Shown: positions 54,748-64,000 of the stretch, piece after piece
Layout: every line of letters begins with the position of its first letter
How positions within the stretch are numbered: position 1 is the first letter of the stretch
NCBI GenBank assembly: GCA_918797485.1
Contig: CAKKNE010000005.1
Span: 1,550,001-1,614,000 of the forward strand
Length of the DNA stretch: 64,000 nt
Direction of reading: 5' to 3'
Origin: Pelagomonas calceolata
Lineage: Eukaryota
The notes under the pieces: generated by a model
Database searches by the model: none
What the model was told of the DNA's origin: nothing
What the model saw: only the letters and a program-made list of their open reading frames with translations
Made by a program: the position numbers and the translations under genes

Positions 54748-56073
54748 TTAGCATTTCGACAAGCAGAACGGCGCGGGAGCTCCACTGGAAAACGAGATAG
54801 CATCACTGCACATGACAAGGTGAGGAGGACGAGGTTTTAGTATACATTATTAGATCGACTGGATTAGATACGTCTTACTAACTTCTTACTGCGTTACCTT
54901 TACTCGAGTCATGCTGCCGCAGGTATGCTACAATGCTTACAGACTGACAACTCGAGCGGTCGGGTGCCAGTACTTGGCCCCACTCGACCTATTTGAGCAC
55001 CTAGATAGACGACCCGAAGCGTCCGGAAGACCCCAGAACTTGACTTGAAGTAGGCCCGGGAGTCACGGTCACCGTGACCGTGACGGCGTGCCAGTGACCG
55101 TGACGGTCACGTCACAGCGGCCCTGTCTCGGAGTTCAAGTTCCCGACTCGGAGTCACTGGCAGCCTCAGGCTGAGTCACTGGCACGGGACAAGGCCCACT
55201 GGCACCCGGGCCGGGGGGTGCGAATGATCGCAAGACCAAAGGGCCCGGGCCCGGGGTACGTACCTCAGGCTTTGGGACTCGGAGTACAGCGGCTGAGACC
55301 GTGACCCGGATGGTCCGCGGGTGGCCGGATGTTATACGGCACTTTCATTTCTAAAGCCTGAGGGAGCCTGAGACCCGGCCCGGGCCGCCGGCCCGGGCAC
55401 TTAGCTACCTTAAATTACACTATCTGCTTGAGTAAAGGTGTATACGTAGAATCTTCCGAGGTCAGGGGGGGGCTATTTCGCCCTAAATCCCAGGAGGCCC
55501 GGCTCTTACTGATAGCCGGACAGTACGCTTGCTAAATTCGGCTATAAACAAAACGCCGATTTAGGGCCTCGCGCAGAGCAGCAGCTTTTCCAAGGGCACT
55601 CGCAGACCGCCGAGCCGGCTAACTCTCATGCCAGTGCGCGCTCTTTTTTTGCGCCTGGCGCGGACGAGTTCCTAGGACCTCCACACGCGCTGGCGGCACA
55701 AATTCGGACTAGTAGTACATACGGTCAATCATGGCATCGCTGAGGGAGGCGTCGCTTTGGGCCACTATGATCATGTCAAAAGCGCGTTAGAAGGCGCGTG
55801 GGATCATTACAGGCCACCGGTGGGTACCGCCGAAATCGCACGGGAAAATATTAGGCCCGGGCGTGTCTACCCATGACGTTGGGGGGGCGGGAACTACGGG
55901 AGCATTTTAAACTCACAATACGGAGCTCCCTTGCTGAACTTTTCGAGCCCTGCCACTGCGGTGCCATTGCTGTTCATCTCACACCCGACGGGTCTTGATG
56001 AATATATATATATAGCGCAAAATCTCCCATGAAATGTCGGACTAAGGCTATCCGTTGAGAGCAACGGCAGCCC

Positions 56074-57602
<1,529 letters not shown>

Positions 57603-57989
57603 TCATGATACGGTATGCCAGTGGGGGATAACTCGGCCGCCCAGGGCACGTGCAGGCCGGCATAACGTGCTGAGAGGCGAGAGTAACGTAGCCATAGTTC
57701 CGGCAATAGGGGGCGATGTCGTTGAATATATATGTCTAGGGGAGTTTTTCACCTTAGCCCAGGCTGAGTACTCGGGCTTGCTCACCAGCCCGATACTTTG
57801 TCGTTGTTTTTTGAACATTTCAGGCAGGAAAAACCCGCATCGACCCAGCCTGAGGCCTTCAAACGCACAAAATCCTAGCTGCCCCTGCCGCGGCCAGCCT
57901 GAGGGGTCACGGTGCGACCGGCCCGGGTCACGGTGAACCTGTGGTTCAAGTTAACTTGATGTATCATGGTGTGGTGACCGTCTTATCGC

Positions 57990-58500
57990 CGCGAGACCGA
58001 TACGATGGTCTCGGCGTTCAGCGGCGGCGATTGTATGTCGACAATTTCTCTATTCGGGATGTTTGCGACTCGGATGGCTTATCAACCCCATGTTTTAGGG
58101 TGTTTGCGACGGGAGAAGCTTCCCGGGCCCGTGATTCAACTCAAAAGAGTGACTCAGGAAAGCGGGAGTAAGCCAGGGCAACGCAACTGCCGGCGTGACT
58201 CGGCTGGTACAGCGATTGTGCTATGATCCTATAGTTACCTACACCGAGAGCTCTTCTCAGGTTCTAGTATCTTCAAATTGTCTTACTAATTTGTCATCTA
58301 TCCAGACGTTCTGTGGTACATCTGCTGGGTCGTCCAAGATCGTTTTCAGTGGAGTCGGCATCCTTTCTAGAGAGGCTTTGAGGTCAAAAGGACAAAGGTA
58401 TCCATCTTTTCTTCTTCCAATTAGGATCCAACGATTCCTGGATTGAACATCACCGCATAGTTCTGAAGGGAGCTTAAGGTGGGACTAAGTAGGAGAGTAA
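57990..58500 (-). pseudogene. Decayed C5 cytosine DNA methyltransferase fragment (motifs VIII-IX)
   Basis: The minus strand reads LPSELCGDVQSRNRWILIGRRKD (motif VIII-like QxRxR), TPLKTILDD, then after stops VANTL and RRR*TPR (motif IX-like). In-frame stops are present. Confidence 0.45.
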
Positions 58501-59859
58501 GAAGGGGCCTAGTGTAGTACTAGGGGGTATATTCTTCGCAGGCCGGGCCCAGTGACTACTAATCAAGACTTATCTAGATCTAGATACAGACTACTAGACT
58601 ACTAGCACCTGTCCTAGCATGCTAGACTACTACCAGCTGGTACTTGGATTAGACACAGTAGGGGGGGGGGACTATGAAACGGCATAGTACACGTACATAC
58701 GCAGCTACCTACGGTACCTACGGTAGCCTACCGCAGTACATAAAGTAGATCAAAGGTACGAGCGGCGTAAACGGCCGGCCTGTACAGCTCGATTGCGAGC
58801 ATTTCGCTACTTGGATCGTCTTCTAACTCCTCCATCGTGCCGAGTTACAGCCCGGCGAAGGTTGCGAGAGCATAGTCGCGTGCGAAGCCATAGTCGCGCG
58901 CACCGGGGCAGCGGTATTGCGGCTGCCCAAAGTACCAGCGCGGGCGTCCTACGACGCCTCCACCCACCTGGTATCGACGCCAACATGACGCCGCTGATGA
59001 ACACGACGGTCTGACGTCAACACGCGGGCACTCTCGGACAGCCATCAGAGAGCAGCCCCACATAGACTTATGGTGCAGTGGTAAGCTCCGTGCGACCGCT
59101 CCGACAATGCATACGGGTCACTAGCTCGATGTCCGCGTGCTTTTCGGGTAGGTCTTGACGCTTGTTACTGCTCTGGCGGCAGCCCGCGGATAAGGCCTCG
59201 ACAGCCTCGACGGAGCACTAAATCGTGGTGTGGAAGGCGACCGGACGGCCAGATGCCTGCGATATCATCCATAAGCATGTCCATGGCGCCAGAACTTGGA
59301 AGGATGTGGCGAAATGTGAGTTAGGAGTTCCAGGTCAAGAAGAGCTGTACCGCTACCTCAAAACTAAGCCAAAACTTGCGTCGTTTGCCAGCCTCCTGGT
59401 CCGCACACACGAGGTGAATTACTGGGGCTCCAAAACTGCCCTCTTTTGTCGTGATGGGACGCGTTGCCTTGAAGTCGTGGGCGGCCAGGCTAGAGCTCCG
59501 CGGTGGTGTTCGTGCGTCGTCTAGAGCCGATTCCGAGAGTGCTGCCTCGACGGGCGGCGCTATTCCGCAATCCCCGTGGGCCCGCAGTAGCCAGAGACCA
59601 CGCTAGGCACCCCTAATTCCTCGATTACGACTACTCTGTCCGAGACTATCATGATCAGTACACTAAGCCTCGAAACTCTGCTATATTTAGTCCGTTGGAC
59701 GCCATGCTTGTACCGAGGCATCCGCCGGTGGACGCTTCTCCCCGCTGGCGTAAAAAGGGGATATAGCTAGTATGAGTTGAAGCGCCAGTGGGGCTAACTA
59801 CGGTTACTATGTCTAATCCTGGTACCTAGGTACTAGTTAGCTGCGCGTTAACTACGGCG

Positions 59860-61060
59860 ATGTCATTATCCTCTGTCGAGGGTCGGCGCGCTGCTGCAGT
59901 TTTGGAGGAAACTATTCGTAAATTAACCTTTCTTGAAGCAATTTCCCCAGATATTCTCCAACATCGTGATGAGTTGACGAAATTCGTTGGGGATGAGGTA
60001 TCACAGATAATAGGAGACCAACGACTGTTAGAGGAGCGCTACGAGGGCTTAATCTCACAACGAAGCAAATTAAGAGGGGTTGCAAACAAATTCAGGTACA
60101 AACTCGTGCAAACAGAAATTGAAGGCGTGTCGCGCAAACTAAGGAATTCTACCAAAAGCCTATGCCAGAATTTGAAAGATAACCCCGACATATCTGGGAA
60201 TCTATTTAAAATTCAGCGCGAAAGACAAGATCTCATTGAAATCATAGAGCAAACGATCAATGAGGTAGGCACACTTCATGCTTGCCTTGCCCATCTAAAT
60301 TTTCGTACAGCTTAGGGAGAATGGCTCATTTACAACACTCATCGCGAAGGTTACCAAAGACATAGACGACCAAAACCGTCTTCGGGGCAGCCTTCGCAGA
60401 GAAAGGGAGATTTCTGATACTGCCCGGCAGCTCGATAAGGAAATTGCTCAAGAAAAGCTCCGTCATCTGAGACAGGTTGCTGAGCAGCAAGCATTAATCA
60501 CGCAGCTGAAGCAGCAGCTCAAATCAATCAAATCCAAGACAGCCATTGATGTGAATTCTCTTCAAACCGTGGCAGAGGCACGAACTTGCTCTACGGCAAG
60601 AGTCCATAGACAAACCGAACGTTCCCAGGAAATAAAGGCTTCCAGTTTAGAACGGCATCGTGAAACGGAAAAGATGGTTCACGCCTCAACTTTGGAATTT
60701 CTTGAGATGAAACAACAAGAATTGGCAAACAAGCTTACTTGGTGGGCAAACAAATATCGAGACGACTATGCTAAGTTGGAGTTGCGCCTCAAAACGCTGA
60801 CACAGGAGCGAATCTCCAACTTGGATCGACTGACTATCTTGAAGAAACGAAGAGACTCTGAACTAAAAGCCGAGCATTCTATGAGGGCTAACATAGAGAG
60901 CAGGGATGAACTTGAAAGGCGCTGTTTAGTTAAGTCTCACAAGGAGCGTGGAGCTGCCGCGGCTATCCAGTCCGCTGTAAGGGCATTTCTCGATCGCAAA
61001 GCAGAAGAGGATGCGCGTCGGGCGGCAGACAAAAAGAAAAAAAAGGGAGGTAAAAAGTAA
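59860..61060 (+). CDS. IQCG: Dynein regulatory complex subunit DRC9 / IQCG-like; intron 60265-60310
   Basis: Coiled-coil protein with STKSLCQNLKDNPDISGNLFKIQRER. A GT..CAG intron joins INE to LRENGSFTTL. C-terminal IQ motif AAAAIQSAVRAFLDRK and Lys tail KKKKKGGKK. Confidence 0.85.
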
Positions 61061-61547
61061 AATGGGCTGCTTTCACTTAGAATGACAAAAAAATGAACAA
61101 CAACAAGACAATGACTCGGATCCGGACTTGCAGCCTCAAGAGGCCTTCACCCTGCGCAGCCGCGGCTAGGTGATAATTTGCAAGTAGATTTGCCTGGTGA
61201 TTAATTCATAACCAGCCCACCCGTGGACTGGAATAGTCTGTTAGGTTGGTTTGTTGTTGCGCGTGGGTCAGCCCCGAAAAAGGTATAAACTCCTTCAGGG
61301 TCACCTGCCCTGAGGGCAGCTAACCCTGGAGGAGTTCATGCCTTTTCCCCTGCCGGGGGCTGCTCCGCAAGGGTGCCAAATCCGGCGTGGGGAGTGATGG
61401 TTCGGGTTTAAGACTTTTTTATTATAAACCACTGATTTCGGGTTTTGGGGAGAAACCATGGTCTAAGTTGCCTCTCTTTAGGTCTAAGTTGCCTTCACGT
61501 AAATATTGTATAATAAAAACCACAAAAAAAAGTATCGGGTTTTAACC

Positions 61548-61647
61548 GTGTATCGCCCTGTCAGACCTTTAGCGTGTTGCGTATCGTAAGCAAACGGCGA
61601 AATACGCGACGAGGACGACGGTGTCTTGGCTCGCCTGACGAGCACAC
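61548..61647 (+). ncRNA. Hammerhead-ribozyme-like RNA with non-circularly permuted core (copy 2)
   Basis: GTTGCGTAT-C (61576-61585) pairs with ATACGCGAC (61602-61610) after CGAA. GTAAGC pairs imperfectly with GCTCGC before CTGACGAG (61635-61642). Stem III covaries with copy 1. Confidence 0.72.
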
Positions 61648-61988
61648 TAGGTCACCAATAAAAGCTAGGGCTAAACCTCATTCCGCGCTCCAGGGCCCTA
61701 CCAGTGCGCTCGGATAGCACTAGAATCGACGGGGTTTCCGAGTCAAGTTTGCCTGGGCGGCATGGAGGTCGGCAGAGAGACGGCATGGGTTTTGCCTAGA
61801 CTATGTATAAGAGTCAGACGGCTTAAGTCAGCCTGAGAACCGAACTTCGCTTCGCTCGCTCAAGTTCGGTTTCCTTTTTGATGTATATCTTGTATCACTG
61901 ATCCTGGACCCCGGGCCAGCCCCCCCGGCCCGGGCCCGGGCCAGACTCCGAGTCAGAGTCGGAACAGAACACGGTACTTTACTGGGGG

Positions 61989-62051
61989 ATTGGAGACTCC
62001 ATTACATCGTTTTGTCCCGATAGGACAAAATGGTGTAATGGAGTCTCCAAT
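61989..62051. repeat. Near-perfect 63-nt hairpin
   Basis: ATTGGAGACTCCATTACATCGTTTTGTCC-CGATA-GGACAAAATGGTGTAATGGAGTCTCCAAT. Confidence 0.85.
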
Positions 62052-62128
62052 ATGAACACACACACACATATATAGTCATACGTCATAAATATAATTTTAA
62101 AATTCTAAAATCTACATTTTGTAAGGTC

Positions 62129-62301
62129 GGGGCGGGATATATCGGTGACGTCATAATTTTGTTGATGTGTCTTTTTTACACCACTTTTTTGATTAGAGGT
62201 TGATTGTCCTATGGGCTTATTCGACCTCTAAAATCGAAAAAGTGGTGTAAACTTGAACTTTGAAAAAGCACTCCGAGTCAACTTATATCATCATCCGCCC
62301 C
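62129..62301. mobile_element. Foldback/MITE-like palindromic element
   Basis: Outer GGGGCGG / CCGCCCC. Inner arms TTTACACCACTTTTTTGATTAGAGGTTGA / TCGACCTCTAAAATCGAAAAAGTGGTGTAAA. Confidence 0.65.
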
Positions 62302-62498
62302 CGTACATGCGGGTATTTGTATACTCAGGCTAGTATTAAGAAGTAGGGAGGATACCTCCGGTGCAGTGCTGTCTAATTGCCTAAGGTGCAGTTCTGCAAC
62401 GGTGTTGTGAGAACGCAGTAATAAGTACTACACTTGGGCCTTCGAGTTACCGCAATGGTTTGGTCATGGGCACCGGCTATTTTTTCTTCGGATTTTGC

Positions 62499-64000
62499 TT
62501 AATTATAGTGTCCTTTCACTTGTGTCTGAGTTACAAGCCCAAGGGTCTCAATGCCAATCAAGGCGATATTGCATGTACTGCAAATATGGCCTTTCATGCT
62601 GTTTGTGTAAGCAGATTTACAAAATGAGCATCGTTCAAGCTGACTTCCTCGATAAATAGGGTCAAGGCTTTTACAATTGATCTCAAAAGGATTTCGTTCA
62701 TCATAATTTAGTTTGAACTCATTTCGTGCCTTTTGCTCGCTCTTCTGAAGGACGGTTTGCGCTTTGTTGTGTAATTCTGACTTTCCCTGCGCCGAAGAGT
62801 CTGGTAAATCTAGCAGGCGACGCGCAAATGAAGCTGCCGTGATAAAGTTCCCTCCTTTGTATGCTTGCGTCATGGCCAAATTAAGAGCAAGAGCAAGATG
62901 AGCCGGCTGTAGATTGCAGTGCGTGAAATAGGCGGATAATTCCATTTGACGGACACCTTTTTCGATCGCATTTGCATGTTTTAGACGGATTGCAGTGACA
63001 TATTCGCGGGTTATGTCCATCAGCTCTCTCACCTAAGCCCCCAATTTTAGATAACAAGGCACACGAGTGGAAAGGAAAATAGGATAGAGGAGAAACCAAC
63101 CTCATTGGCATGTGATCGGCTTTCTGCTATTATCAGAGGGATACACCGCAATATGTGATGAAATCTTTCCCGGGAAGCTTGAAAATTGCCTTTCTGGAAC
63201 AGCCGGTAAGAATTCCTAAGAGCATCGATAAGTTGGGGCATTGAATTTGCTATTCTAGGGAAGCAGCTACCATTAGCCACGTTGCCATCACGCAGCATTG
63301 CAATCTCATATGATGAGGAAAGGGGCAAGCCAGGTACCGAGGATTTAGAGGCAGCGTGTAAGACCAAAAAACGTCCCCGCATAGGACTAAAATTGACGAT
63401 TGATATTTGGCGATTGAGATAATTCATTGATGATCCAAAAGACCCAGCCGCAGCATGATCAGCAGCATGTGCAGAGTTCTTGCACCAACGGTTTTCGGGA
63501 CAAATTCCAGCAACCGGGACTATATATGTGCGAGATACTGCCTCATCAGCCTTGAGATTCGAGCTTGCATAATCGGCATCCTCGTTGGCCGCATCATCGA
63601 TGTCTAGATCCTCGCCCCATCCCCCTACCTCGTCGGATTCCGCCTCCACTTCATCAACTTTGACGTCGTGTTCGTCTAGATCAAGGTCGGCATCCCATCC
63701 CGGGGAACTGGTGTGATCGACGGTGTCACCGTGTTCGCTTTGGTCCTCATATGAGTTCCGAAAAGTGCTCTTTGGTATCGCGAGTAGAGGCCAATTATCA
63801 GATCGTAAGATTGGAGTCGGAGGTTGCATGAGCTGTGAATTGTGCAATACAATTGGGATGGGGCGGCCCGCACTTTGCAGCAGCTCTTTGATTCGCCCTG
63901 CTTCCTCCAGCATCCCATGCGAGACTGCTGTCACATAAGCAAGAGGAGACTGACCGGCCTCTTCTAGAACTCGAGTGCGTTCAGTGGCATCACCAAGAAA
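62499..64000 (-). CDS. COPA: Coatomer subunit alpha, C-terminal part (partial); intron 63033-63100
   Basis: DNWPLL, GW..DLD acidic linker, AADHAAAGSF, ITREYV, ELSAYFTHCNLQPAH, NFITAASFARRLL, YDERNPF and terminal CxxC...CxxC. Confidence 0.95.

Noticed and set aside
58790..59600. Coding-like intergenic segment, possibly another retroelement remnant
   Set aside because: Short broken frames with no motif I can identify.

Overview
Eukaryotic nuclear DNA from a pelagophyte alga, most likely Aureococcus anophagefferens. This is inferred from the very GC-rich genes, stramenopile gene content and introner-type introns with 8-bp TSDs. The window has two compartments. From 1 to ~30.7 kb the genes are very GC-rich and almost intronless: MYST acetyltransferase, SUMO protease, DUF6492-like protein, MMS19, kelch/FN3 protein, TTLL3-like glycylase, ankyrin protein, Tam41, UMP-CMP kinase, ABCE-like ATPase and RPS15. 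From ~32 to 64 kb the genes are much lower in GC and many carry short introns: CNOT2, PKA regulatory subunit, mastigoneme-type EGF protein, CTR9-like, RSPH10-like MORN protein, G3P dehydrogenase, RBBP4, DRC9/IQCG and COPA. The intergenic DNA holds the most unusual signals. (1) Two apparently intact and two degenerate hammerhead-ribozyme-like RNAs have their core elements in a non-circularly permuted order (UH, then GAAA, then CUGANGA). (2) A rule-based 6-nt micro-insertion, XY -> XY-C-revcomp(XY)-G-XY, can be read by aligning repeat copies and looks like a hairpin-type transposon excision footprint. (3) There are introner elements at several stages of decay, several MITE/foldback elements, an ORF with a giant-virus-like HNH domain, a LINE RT remnant and a decayed C5 DNA methyltransferase fragment. 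All exon boundaries were read by eye, so the termini of multi-exon genes are approximate.
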